DNA of 64,000 nt from an uncultured delta proteobacterium (GCA_963836955.1 CAWILO010000004.1:152916-216915), one strand, 5' to 3'; positions 20,171 to 29,042 are shown, counted from the stretch's first letter. Notes: generated by a model from the letters alone, not told the origin. Program-made: numbers and translations.

Positions 20171-20536
20171 ATGAATCTTAGCCACGCAGCCGCGCTCGCG
20201 CTTGTGGGCTGGTACTTGATGGTGCCGCCGATGGCGCATAAAGAAGACTGGCAACTAGGCGGTCCTCGTGGGCCGGAAAGAGCCCCGTTGAGCAAATGGT
20301 TTACCTACGATTGGTTTGACACCGCTGACGCATGTACGAAGGCGCGCGATTCGCTCATGGCGAGGGCGTCATCCAATGCCCTCAATGACTATCATCGATG
20401 GCTGGCTGGTCGTGCCCCATCGGACGACCTACTTGGCGAATGGGACAGTACATACAGCACCGTCCTTGCGCTCAATGACGCCTACGGCCGGTCGCTGCGC
20501 ATTGCGACCGACGATCCTAGGCTCAAGGGAAAGTAG
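20171..20536 (+). CDS. Small exported 'DDPRLKEK-tail' protein, array copy 1
   Basis: MNLSHAAALALVGWYLMVPP...APLSKW...FDTADAC...RIATDDPRLKGK*. Confidence 0.85.
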   Translation: MNLSHAAALALVGWYLMVPPMAHKEDWQLGGPRGPERAPLSKWFTYDWFDTADACTKARDSLMARASSNALNDYHRWLAGRAPSDDLLGEWDSTYSTVLALNDAYGRSLRIATDDPRLKGK

Positions 20537-20537
20537 G

Positions 20538-20909
20538 ATGAATCTCCGCCACGCCGCCGCGCTCGCGCTCGCAGGCTGGTATCTTGTCACTCCCCATGCT
20601 TTGCCGTCCTCACGTGAACCAAATCTCTCTTTACCGCTATCACAATGGTCGCGGTTCGGACCCGTGCCGTCGAAAAGTGATTGCGAAGCCAGACTTTCGG
20701 CGTCGATGCAAAAGAACGATGATCCGACGATTCGCGAGAAGCTCTTTAAGGAGCAGCTGCCAAGCGTACGTGCTGAATTGCGGAGTATGTCGCCGAACCA
20801 GAAAATGCCCGACAGTTACTACGACAAAGCATACTTTGATGATTTACATCGTTACTTAAAACTTTCGCAGTGCATCGCAAGCGACGATCCGCGCCTCAAG
20901 GAAAAGTAG
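20538..20909 (+). CDS. Small exported 'DDPRLKEK-tail' protein, array copy 2
   Basis: MNLRHAAALALAGWYLVTP...LPLSQW...SKSDC...CIASDDPRLKEK*; starts 1 nt after copy 1 stop. Confidence 0.85.
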   Translation: MNLRHAAALALAGWYLVTPHALPSSREPNLSLPLSQWSRFGPVPSKSDCEARLSASMQKNDDPTIREKLFKEQLPSVRAELRSMSPNQKMPDSYYDKAYFDDLHRYLKLSQCIASDDPRLKEK

Positions 20910-20968
20910 GATGAACCTACGCGCTGCCGCGCTCGCGCTCGTGGGCTGGTATCTGATGTCGCCCCTAG

Positions 20969-22143
20969 GGAAGCTCTGCACAGGTCTTAACTGGGCCGCT
21001 ATTTGAGATGTAAGTGAGCACTTTCAGGAAGGAGAGGCGACAGTGCGGTAGGTTGTTGGCCGCTCGGAGCGGCCAGCCACATTGCTATTCTCGCCGGTCC
21101 GGGTCACAGGGAACACCTCGCTCCGGCCGGGAGCAGTTGGCGGCGCAGTTGGTAGAGATTAGCCAGTGCGAACATGGTCTGCGCCCGCGCCAGATTCTTG
21201 GCCAAGCCGCGATATCTCACTTTGGTGAAGCCCCACAACTGCTTGACCACGCGGAAGGCATGCTCGCCGCAGGCGCGAGTGCGCGAACGCGCCCGATTGA
21301 TCATGCGCCAGCGTTCGCTCAACGGCCGCCAGGCAGTGGGACGGCGATTGATTCGATAATGTATCCCCCAGCTTTCAAGGAACTCTCGGTCGTCTTCTTT
21401 CCAGTACGCCTGATCGCCGAACACCGCGCGCTCCTCTCCATGCAAAAGCTCCGGCAGCTGAGTGACATCGGCGACCGCGGCATCGGTCGCTTTTACGGTG
21501 TGAACGATACCGCGCCGGTCGGCGCCGATGTGCAACTTCATCCCGAAATGCCAGTTCTTGCCCTTGCGCGTCTGCTTCATCTCGGGGTCGCGCTTCGCGC
21601 TGGCGTTTTTGGTGGAACTGGGCGCCGCGATGATGGTCGCATCCACGATGGTCCCCGAGCGCAGCAAAAGGCCGCGCGCTTCGAGCAAGCCGCCAATCGC
21701 GTCGAAGATTGCACTGGTCAAACCGTGCTGCTCCAGCAGATGGCGAAAGCGCAGGATGGTCGTCTCATCCGGCACCACGTCGTCGCCCAACTCCACTCGC
21801 GCGAAGCGCCGCATCGACTCGCTGTCGTAGATCGCGTCTTCCGCCTGCGGGTCGGAGAGATTGAACCATTGCTGCAGAAAGTAGATGCGCAGCATCTTCT
21901 CAAGCCCCAGCGGCTGGCGGCCGTTGCCGGCTTTGGGATAATGAGGCTCGATCAGCCTAAGCAGCCGCGCCCACGAGATTACCGCATCCATCTCGGCCAG
22001 AAACCGCTCGCGCCGGGTGACCTTGCCCTTCGCGCTCCAGGCCATCGAAGCAAACGTCCGCTGACTACCCATCACCACACCTCCCCATCCACCGATTCGA
22101 CCTTTCCTTTCTACACGAATCGACAAACTTGTGCAGAGCTTCC
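20969..22143 (-). mobile_element. IS5-family insertion sequence (1175 bp)
   Basis: Perfect 14-bp TIRs GGAAGCTCTGCACA / TGTGCAGAGCTTCC; CTAG target duplication at 20965-20968 and 22144-22147. Confidence 0.95.
21104..22072 (-). CDS. IS5 family DDE transposase
   Basis: TRRERFLAEM, MLRIYFLQQWFNLSD, PDETTILRFRHLLE, IVDAT, WHFGMKLHIG, GDQAY, KVRYRGLAKN. Confidence 0.96.
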   Translation of the reverse strand: MGSQRTFASMAWSAKGKVTRRERFLAEMDAVISWARLLRLIEPHYPKAGNGRQPLGLEKMLRIYFLQQWFNLSDPQAEDAIYDSESMRRFARVELGDDVVPDETTILRFRHLLEQHGLTSAIFDAIGGLLEARGLLLRSGTIVDATIIAAPSSTKNASAKRDPEMKQTRKGKNWHFGMKLHIGADRRGIVHTVKATDAAVADVTQLPELLHGEERAVFGDQAYWKEDDREFLESWGIHYRINRRPTAWRPLSERWRMINRARSRTRACGEHAFRVVKQLWGFTKVRYRGLAKNLARAQTMFALANLYQLRRQLLPAGARCSL

Positions 22144-22390
22144 CTAGTTGATCACAATGCGAACAAAATAGTCTACGAAGCGCCGCTAACATATTGGGAA
22201 CACGAGGGGAGTTTCGATACAGCGACCGAATGCGAGCGCAAGCGGAAGGATGATGTTCGCGTGATGAGTAACCTCAGAACGAATAGCACGGATCGCAGTC
22301 CAGGCTCTGACCTCGGCCTCAACTCGGCTCTGGCGGCTAAATGCGTCGCGTCTGACGATCCCCGGCTGAAGGAAAAATAACTACAAAGCT

Positions 22391-23152
22391 ATGGCGAAGT
22401 TCGAAGAACGATTCGGTCTTGTGGTTGGAGTGGATGAAGCGCGGGAGCGCTTCGTGAATCGCGCCCACTACGTGATCTTTACGAAGTTTGTCCTCACAGA
22501 TCAGCACTCCAGATACGTTGACGCCGTAACGTTTGGTCTGGGCAGACCCGTACAGTTCGATGCGTCACTCAGAGAAATCGTCGGGCGAGATTTTCACGAC
22601 AATCTGAAGGCAATCGAGTACGTTCGTCGGGCAGCAAACAATAAAGCCGCCCTTGATCAGATCGTCGCTCAGATTCTGCGGGAATCAGAAGTCGATCTAG
22701 GTGTTCGGTGGGAAGACGGGGTGTTCGTAAAAGCGGGAGCGCCTCTGCTCGACGACAAGCTGGTAAGAGATGTGCTCGGATGGGCGCGCGAGAAAGAATA
22801 TGAAATCGTGCTCGCCCCCTTTGAGAAGGGTCTGCGGCACTTCCTTGAATCCACAAAACGTCCTGAAGTTCTTTCAGATGTTGTTACCGATATGTACGAA
22901 GCGCTTGAAGCCGTCGCGAAAATCGTCACAGAGCGAAATGACGATCTGTCCAGCAACCGTGAGCGATTCATCAAGGCCGTTCGCGCGCCCGACGCGTACA
23001 AAAAAATCCTGAAAGAATACATCGATTACGGATGCGAGTTTCGTCATGCTGCCGACGCTGCGGGACAAAAGCCCGCGCTCTCACCTGAAGAAGTTGAATC
23101 GTTCATCTATCTGACTGGCGTTTTTGTGCGCTTTGCGATGAGGACGCGCTGA
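22391..23152 (+). CDS. AbiJ/HEPN-like hypothetical protein (possible anti-phage RNase)
   Basis: C-terminal helical region with YEALEAVAK and EFRHA, then EEVESFIYLTGVFVRF, resembling AbiJ-type HEPN tails; family assignment tentative. Confidence 0.55.
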   Translation: MAKFEERFGLVVGVDEARERFVNRAHYVIFTKFVLTDQHSRYVDAVTFGLGRPVQFDASLREIVGRDFHDNLKAIEYVRRAANNKAALDQIVAQILRESEVDLGVRWEDGVFVKAGAPLLDDKLVRDVLGWAREKEYEIVLAPFEKGLRHFLESTKRPEVLSDVVTDMYEALEAVAKIVTERNDDLSSNRERFIKAVRAPDAYKKILKEYIDYGCEFRHAADAAGQKPALSPEEVESFIYLTGVFVRFAMRTR

Positions 23153-23322
23153 AGTTCTGTTCCCTCTCCAGGGCTGCCGCTGTTTGCGACCAACATTTCG
23201 GGCGCGGCGTCAAAGCCGCACGCGCAGAGGGAGTTGCACCTGATCGGAGACGATTCGCTGCCACCATGTTCGATGGGTGTCCTGACGACACTGCGGCCGT
23301 GAACAGCGTGTGTCCGCGTTTT

Positions 23323-23351
23323 TTGACACCTCGCGGGCTCGGTTGTATAGT
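23323..23351 (+). promoter_or_regulatory. Sigma70-type promoter of the thi operon
   Basis: TTGACA-N17-TATAGT directly before the riboswitch. Confidence 0.8.
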
Positions 23352-23357
23352 CGGATC

Positions 23358-23445
23358 AGGCTGGGGGTGTGCTTTATACGCACTGAGAGCTCCCTCGGGA
23401 GAACCCCTCGAACCTGATCCGGGTAATGCCGGCGTAGGGAAGCCA
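23358..23445 (+). ncRNA. TPP riboswitch
   Basis: GGGGTG...CTGAGA...ACCC..GAACCTGATCCGGGTAATGCCGGCGTAGGGAAG consensus upstream of thiS. Confidence 0.95.
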
Positions 23446-23506
23446 ACGGCGCAACGTTCGCGGCTGCGCCTGGGCCGCTTCCCCACACCAGGGAAGCGGC
23501 TCAATA

Positions 23507-23725
23507 ATGCCCGACTCCATCGCAACCTCAATCACTCTCAACGGCGACCCGTACCCGCTCCACGCCGACACTCCCCTGACCGCCCTGCTGGAGCGCCTCA
23601 ACATGCGCCGCGGCCGCGTGGCGGTCGAAATCAACCGCGAGATCGTGCCCAAGGCCAGTTACGATGCGACCATCGTAAGGGCGGGCGACCAGGTCGAAAT
23701 AATCAACTTCGTCGGCGGCGGATGA
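23507..23725 (+). CDS. thiS: Sulfur carrier protein ThiS
   Basis: VAVEINREIV...GDQVEIINFVGGG C-terminal GG. Confidence 0.95.
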   Translation: MPDSIATSITLNGDPYPLHADTPLTALLERLNMRRGRVAVEINREIVPKASYDATIVRAGDQVEIINFVGGG

Positions 23726-23767
23726 TTCTTTTAGCGCCGCTGCCGCGGGAATGGACACCGAAAAAAA

Positions 23768-24544
23768 ATGCAAGACACTCCTTTTGAATTGGGCGGAAAG
23801 AAATTCAAGTCGCGGCTGATCGTCGGCACCGGCAAGTACCGCGACTTCGCCGAAACCAGGGCCGCGGTCGAAGAAAGCGGCGCCGAAATCGTGACCGTCG
23901 CGGTGCGCCGCGTGAATATCACCGATCGCGGCAAGGAAAATCTGCTCGACTACCTCGACCCCAGGCGCTACCAGATTCTCCCCAACACCGCCGGATGCTT
24001 CACCGCCGAGGAGGCGATTCGCACCTGCCGCCTCGCGCGCGAGGTCGGCGTCGGCGATCTCGTGAAGCTCGAGGTCATCGGCGACAAGCAGACTCTGTTC
24101 CCCGATGTCGCCGCGACCCTCGAAGCGGCGCGCGTGCTGGTCAAGGAAGGTTTCAAGGTGATGCCGTATATCACCGACGATCCCGTTACTTGTCTCCGGC
24201 TCCAGGAGCTGGGATGCGTAGCCGTGATGCCGCTGGCGGCGCCGATCGGCTCCGGCCTCGGAATCCGCAATCCATTCAACCTCGCGATCATCATCGAGCA
24301 GGCGAAAGTACCGGTGATCGTCGATGCGGGCGTCGGCACCGCCTCAGACGCCGCCGAGGCGATGGAGCTGGGATGCGACGGCGTTCTGATGAACACCGCG
24401 ATCGCTGGCGCGAAGGATCCAATCGCGATGGCGCGAGCGATGAAGCTCGCGGTCGAAGCCGGCCGGCTCGCATATCGCGCCGGCCGAATCGAGCGCAAGC
24501 TCTACGCCACCGCGTCGAGCCCGCTCACGGGCTTGATCGGGTAG
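23768..24544 (+). CDS. thiG: Thiazole synthase
   Basis: [40 protein letters not shown]. Confidence 0.97.
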   Translation: MQDTPFELGGKKFKSRLIVGTGKYRDFAETRAAVEESGAEIVTVAVRRVNITDRGKENLLDYLDPRRYQILPNTAGCFTAEEAIRTCRLAREVGVGDLVKLEVIGDKQTLFPDVAATLEAARVLVKEGFKVMPYITDDPVTCLRLQELGCVAVMPLAAPIGSGLGIRNPFNLAIIIEQAKVPVIVDAGVGTASDAAEAMELGCDGVLMNTAIAGAKDPIAMARAMKLAVEAGRLAYRAGRIERKLYATASSPLTGLIG

Positions 24545-24552
24545 GGCGCGCC

Positions 24553-25230
24553 TTGTCGTCGCGCCCACGCGTCAGCTTCCGCCTCTACCTGATAACCGAT
24601 CGCCACGTCGTGAAGAACGGCAACCTCGTCTCCGCTTGCGAGGCGGCGCTGTCAGCCGCGCCGCCCGGAACCGTCGCGTTGCAGCTCCGCGAAAAAGACT
24701 TACCCGCGCGCGAACTCTACGAGCTGGCGCTCCGCCTTCGTGATACTTGCACGCGCACCGGCGCGCCGCTGATCGTGAACGAACGCGTCGACGTCGCAAT
24801 CGCAGCAGGCGCCGACGGCGTTCATCTTCCGTTCAACTCGATTGGCGTCAGCATGGCGCGCAAGCTGCTCGGCCCCGACAGACTTGTCGGAGTGTCGAGC
24901 CACTCGCCGCCCGACGTCGCGGGTCAATCGCGCGAGGGCGCCGACTTCGCCGTATTCGGTCCGATCTTCGATCCGCTGTCGAAGCCCGCCACCGGGCCCG
25001 CGTGGGGTCCAAGCGGACTCAGCGCAGCGTGCGCCGCGGGCGCGATTCCAGTCTTCGCGCTCGGCGGAATCACGGCGGATCGCACGCGCGACATGTTCGC
25101 GTCTCCCGAGCTGGCTGCGCGACCCGCAGGAGTCGCGTCGATCGGCGCGATCTTTGCCGCCGACTCGCCCGCTCTCGCTACTGCTGCGATGCTGTCGGCG
25201 CTGAACGCGTCGCGGACTCGGCAGCAATGA
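24553..25230 (+). CDS. thiE: Thiamine-phosphate synthase (ThiE/TenI family)
   Basis: LYLITD, QLREKD, GADGVHL, GVSSH, FGPIF, FALGGI; TTG start inferred. Confidence 0.85.
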   Translation: MSSRPRVSFRLYLITDRHVVKNGNLVSACEAALSAAPPGTVALQLREKDLPARELYELALRLRDTCTRTGAPLIVNERVDVAIAAGADGVHLPFNSIGVSMARKLLGPDRLVGVSSHSPPDVAGQSREGADFAVFGPIFDPLSKPATGPAWGPSGLSAACAAGAIPVFALGGITADRTRDMFASPELAARPAGVASIGAIFAADSPALATAAMLSALNASRTRQQ

Positions 25231-26089
25231 CCGACTGCGCGGCGTCGAGAAGAGTCTCCGGACGCGGCAGCTCCCGATAATAGGGTGACGTAAAAGTCCA
25301 TCGCACGACGCCATCGCGATCGAGCCCAAAAAACGCGGGAATCGCGTTGTCGGGCTCTCCATTGCGATGGTGCTGTACGAGACCGAGCGGCCCCAGGATC
25401 GATTCGTTGTTGTCGCTCAGCAGCGGGATCTTCGTGCGGAGAAATCCAGCGAGCATCTTCGATCGTTCGACCGGATCCGCGCTGATCGCGATGATATCAA
25501 CACCAGCTCGGCGAAAATCGTCCGCATGCGCGGTCAGCTCGGCAAGCTCGAACCGCGAGAATGGGTCGAAGTCCCCGCGATATATGAAAACCAAAGTTGC
25601 TCGAGCGTCGGATGGCACCGGTCCGCGATGGATCGAGTCGTTTTGATCGGTGAGCGCGAAGCTCGGGAAGCGTTGTCCCACCGCGAGCTTCAAAGTGAAC
25701 GGTGGATTCCGCGTCACGCGCATCGTGTAGCTGACGAATCGCCCGCCGCCTGCTCCTACGACGATGCATGCCAGGAATGCGAACAAGCCGAACCCGAGTT
25801 TGGCGTGGGGTGACGCGAGTCCGAGTGCGAGTCGCAATCCCGCGATCGAAAGCAAGATTGCGGCGGCCGCGATCGCGAACGCGGGCCACGGAATTCGTTC
25901 GTGGATACCCATCCACGGCACCGACCAGAACGACACCAGTACGTATTCGTAGAGTCCGAAGCCGGATGCTATCAGGATGACGGCGCCGATTGCCCGGATT
26001 GGTTGAAAGGGCGGGGTAACCCAGGGCTCGTCGTAAACCTCCAGCGCGACCTCGTCCGGGCGCGGCTCCTCCGGTTCCGATGTGGCCAT
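25178..26089 (-). CDS. Membrane protein with C-terminal redoxin (AhpC/TSA-like) domain lacking catalytic Cys
   Basis: 3 TM helices, then VGQRFPSFALTDQN, FIYRGDFDPFS, IIAISAD, PLLSD, IPAFFGLDRDGVVRW. Confidence 0.75.
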   Translation of the reverse strand: MATSEPEEPRPDEVALEVYDEPWVTPPFQPIRAIGAVILIASGFGLYEYVLVSFWSVPWMGIHERIPWPAFAIAAAAILLSIAGLRLALGLASPHAKLGFGLFAFLACIVVGAGGGRFVSYTMRVTRNPPFTLKLAVGQRFPSFALTDQNDSIHRGPVPSDARATLVFIYRGDFDPFSRFELAELTAHADDFRRAGVDIIAISADPVERSKMLAGFLRTKIPLLSDNNESILGPLGLVQHHRNGEPDNAIPAFFGLDRDGVVRWTFTSPYYRELPRPETLLDAAQSVIAAESATRSAPTASQQ

Positions 26090-26724
26090 CAGTTGAGCAT
26101 CTTCACTTTCAACTCGTCGAAGGAAAGGAGGTCGACTCCCTCCTGCTGCAATTTTTCATTGAAGGTTGGTGATTCTTCTCCGACAACAGCGACAGCGTCC
26201 CTGACCAAATGGAGTTTCGGGCCGACGCCGGTGAGCGCACTGATCTCGCGCTCGACGCATGCCTCGGTGTACACGCCGTACATCACGATGTGCTCGAACG
26301 GTCGGAGTACGAGCCGCAGGATGGCGCTAAGGTGTTCGTTGTTGGCGAGCTTCTCGAACTGCTGGCGGCGAAAGATGATTTCTCCGTCATGCTCGAGGAC
26401 CTTCTTAATCTCGTCAGGAGTGTATTCGCGACTTTCCAGAGTCAGCGGATTGAGCGGTTTGGTTTCGTCGATTTTTTCCTGGCCGGGGGTGCCGGCCATG
26501 CAATGATCGGGGTACGGTCCGCCCCAACTCTTCAACTGCGGATCGCCCGGAACGTGGCAATCGACCGAGCAGACTATGCGCACCTTCTGATCGCGGGCGA
26601 GATCGGTAATTGCCTTCCACACCGGCACGATCTTCTCCGCGCCCTCGATGTGGAATTTGCCGTCGTGCAGGATGAAGTCGCGCTGCGTGTTGATGTCGTA
26701 GAAGATTGTGGTTTCGGCTTTCAT
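26089..26724 (-). CDS. Cysteine hydrolase (nicotinamidase/isochorismatase family)
   Basis: DINTQRDF, VDCH, YPDHCMAGTPG, GVYTEACV. Confidence 0.85.
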   Translation of the reverse strand: MKAETTIFYDINTQRDFILHDGKFHIEGAEKIVPVWKAITDLARDQKVRIVCSVDCHVPGDPQLKSWGGPYPDHCMAGTPGQEKIDETKPLNPLTLESREYTPDEIKKVLEHDGEIIFRRQQFEKLANNEHLSAILRLVLRPFEHIVMYGVYTEACVEREISALTGVGPKLHLVRDAVAVVGEESPTFNEKLQQEGVDLLSFDELKVKMLN

Positions 26725-26731
26725 AGTTTCA

Positions 26732-27646
26732 TCAGAAGTGTTCCGGCTCGTGTTGGCGGCGATTGTCGCATTCGAGCTGCAAGGTCAGGTGGTGGATATC
26801 GAACTTGGTCTGCAGCAGATGGCACATGTCGGCGAGCACTCGATCGCGATCCGCGTCCGCCGCGACTACCGCATGCGCGGAAAGCGCGATCTGCCGGGTG
26901 GTCAAGCACCAGACGTGCAGGTCGTGAACTTCCTGGGTGCCGCTAACGGCCAGCAGGTCGGTGCGCATTTCGTCGAGATCAATGTGTCGCGGCACCGATT
27001 CCATCAGGATGTCCACGCCCTCGCGCACCAGGCCCCATGAACCGTACAGCACCAGCCCTCCGATCAATATGCTCACGGCGGCGTCGGCCTGCATCCATCC
27101 GGTGAAATAATTCAGCGCCCCGGAAGCGAGCACGCCGATCGAACCAACTAGATCGGAAACCACGTGCACGAACACCGAGCGGACCGCCATTCCTTGCTTG
27201 TGACTGTGCGAGTCGGTCGAGGTCATCCACGCGGAAAAGGTGTTGACGCAGATTCCGACAATCGCGATAGCCATCACGGGCAGCCCTGAAACCGGCCGCG
27301 GATGTCGCAACCGTTCGGCAGCTTCGATCCAGATGAAGACCACCAGCACCCACAGAAACAGGCCGTTGAGCAACGCGCCCAGGATTTCCGCGCGAAGGTA
27401 GCCATAGGTTTTCCCCGAGGATGCGGGCCGCGTCGATACCCACAGGGTCAGCATCCCGAGGCACAAAGCCGCGATGTCGGTGAGCATGTGGACTGCGTCG
27501 GACAGCAGCGCCAGGCTGCCAGTGAGGTAGCCTCCGACCAGCTCGGTCAGGAGATAAACCGAGGTGACGCCGAGGACGATAAGGAGGCGGCGCTGATCCG
27601 AACCCGCGGTTGCATGGGGTTCGTGATTGTCCATCGAGGTCCGCAT
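26732..27646 (-). CDS. Cation diffusion facilitator (CzcD/ZitB-like)
   Basis: SLALLSDAVHMLTD, TYGYLRAEIL, HVVSDLVGS, VHDLHVW. Confidence 0.93.
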   Translation of the reverse strand: MRTSMDNHEPHATAGSDQRRLLIVLGVTSVYLLTELVGGYLTGSLALLSDAVHMLTDIAALCLGMLTLWVSTRPASSGKTYGYLRAEILGALLNGLFLWVLVVFIWIEAAERLRHPRPVSGLPVMAIAIVGICVNTFSAWMTSTDSHSHKQGMAVRSVFVHVVSDLVGSIGVLASGALNYFTGWMQADAAVSILIGGLVLYGSWGLVREGVDILMESVPRHIDLDEMRTDLLAVSGTQEVHDLHVWCLTTRQIALSAHAVVAADADRDRVLADMCHLLQTKFDIHHLTLQLECDNRRQHEPEHF

Positions 27647-27649
27647 TGC

Positions 27650-28171
27650 TTAATCATAGTGTATTAGCGAGAAGCAGTTGACCGGCGCGAGGCGCTCGCG
27701 GCCCTTGAGCGCGTCGAGCTCGACCACGAACGCGCATCCGATCACGTTGCCACCGATCTTTTTGACCAGCTGCAGCGCGGCGGCCGCGGTCCCCCCGGTC
27801 GCGAGCAGATCGTCAACCAGCAGCACGCGACCTTTGCCGGCAAGCGCGTCCTGATGCATCTGCAAGGACGCGCTGCCGTATTCGAGATCGTACGCCTGAT
27901 CCACATATTGGTAAGGGAGCTTGCCGGGTTTGCGTGCAATCGCAAGTCCCACGCCCAACCGATACGCGACGGGAGCGCCGACGATGAAGCCGCGCGACTC
28001 GATTCCGACCACGGCATCAACTTTACCGAGGTAAGGCTGCGCCAACTGATCGACCACCGCGGCGAAACCGCGCGCGTCGGCAATCAGAGGCGTGAAGTCT
28101 CTGAACATTATTCCGGGCTTGGGGAAGTCGGGAACGTTACGAATAAGTTTTTTGATTTCTTCGGCAGTCAT
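27650..28171 (-). CDS. apt: Adenine phosphoribosyltransferase
   Basis: IRNVPDFPKPGIMFRD, GIESRGF, RKPGKLP, LVDDLLATGGT. Confidence 0.96.
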   Translation of the reverse strand: MTAEEIKKLIRNVPDFPKPGIMFRDFTPLIADARGFAAVVDQLAQPYLGKVDAVVGIESRGFIVGAPVAYRLGVGLAIARKPGKLPYQYVDQAYDLEYGSASLQMHQDALAGKGRVLLVDDLLATGGTAAAALQLVKKIGGNVIGCAFVVELDALKGRERLAPVNCFSLIHYD

Positions 28172-28228
28172 CCTTGAATTCCATCGCACCGGCGTCTCAT
28201 GCAGTCTCGCGTGCGGTGGTCAAAGATA

Positions 28229-28981
28229 CTAGCTGCCGCCAGCCGCGGCAAAGCTGATTCCATCCGACTGCGTCGGTTCAGGCAGGTAGGCAAGCGGGTC
28301 TTGCGCCAGGTTGTCGCGGCGTACTTCGAAGTGAAGATTCGCGCCAGTGGTACGTCCGGAGCGTCCGATCGCGCCGATCTGACGGCCGCGCTCGACTCGA
28401 TCGCCTTCGTTGACCAGGTTGCGCTCGTTATGGCCGTAAACCGTCACGTAACCATCGTCATGACGAATGATCACGGTGTTGCCATAGCCGTGAAGCGTGC
28501 CCGAAAAAATGACGACACCGCTATCGGCCGCGAGAACGGGAGTGCCGACTGGGGCCGAGATATCGACACCGTCGTGCATCGCGCCGTTGCGAATCCCAAA
28601 TCCAGACGAAACCACTCCTTGCGACACCGGCCACAGGAACTGGCGAGACGACCGCTCGCCGAGGTACCGATGCACTCCGCTCGACGCAGTTCCGATTGAT
28701 ACGGCGCGATACGAACCGGGAATCGTCAGCGTCTGGCCGACGCGCAGCTCGCGTGGATCGCTGAGCCCGTTCGCCGTCATCAGGCGTCCTACGCTGACTC
28801 CGTATTCGTTCGCGATGTGGTAAACGGTCTCGCCTGCAACGACGACGTGCGTGACGGGGCGTTGCGAAATGGCGGGAGAGTAGGTCGCAGGCGGCGAGCT
28901 GTCGCCGCATCCTGCAAGCGCGATCAACCCTGCGAGCGCGACTACCACGCTCGCGCGGGAAATCCAACGCGTCCCTGTCAT
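28229..28981 (-). CDS. nlpD: LysM + M23 peptidase lipoprotein (NlpD-like)
   Basis: LAGC lipobox, LysM (GETVYHIA..YGV), HDGVD, LHFEVR; downstream of pcm. Confidence 0.8.
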   Translation of the reverse strand: MTGTRWISRASVVVALAGLIALAGCGDSSPPATYSPAISQRPVTHVVVAGETVYHIANEYGVSVGRLMTANGLSDPRELRVGQTLTIPGSYRAVSIGTASSGVHRYLGERSSRQFLWPVSQGVVSSGFGIRNGAMHDGVDISAPVGTPVLAADSGVVIFSGTLHGYGNTVIIRHDDGYVTVYGHNERNLVNEGDRVERGRQIGAIGRSGRTTGANLHFEVRRDNLAQDPLAYLPEPTQSDGISFAAAGGS

Positions 28982-29042
28982 CCACTCCTCACGTCGTCCT
29001 GTCCCCACCGCCCCACATCCGGGCCGCGCGAAAGTCTGCGCG

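Larger units (their letters stand above)
20911..22380 (+). pseudogene. Array copy 3, interrupted by IS5
   Basis: Removing the IS and one CTAG restores the frame: MNLRAAALALVGWYLMSPLVDHNANKIVYEAPLTYWEHEGSFDTATEC...CVASDDPRLKEK*. Confidence 0.88.

Noticed and set aside
21014-22147. 377-aa plus-strand ORF inside the IS
   Set aside because: It is the antisense shadow of the transposase and has no independent motifs.
20171-22380. Diversity-generating retroelement
   Set aside because: There is no reverse transcriptase, and the cores differ wholesale rather than by adenine-specific substitutions from a template repeat.
19590-23280. Classical integron or shufflon
   Set aside because: There is no tyrosine recombinase or invertase in the window, no RYYYAAC...GTTRRRY attC palindromes between the genes, and the repeats are coding and direct.
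25500-25620. Selenocysteine in the redoxin active site
   Set aside because: The positions are Asp and Ser codons in an open frame, with no UGA.
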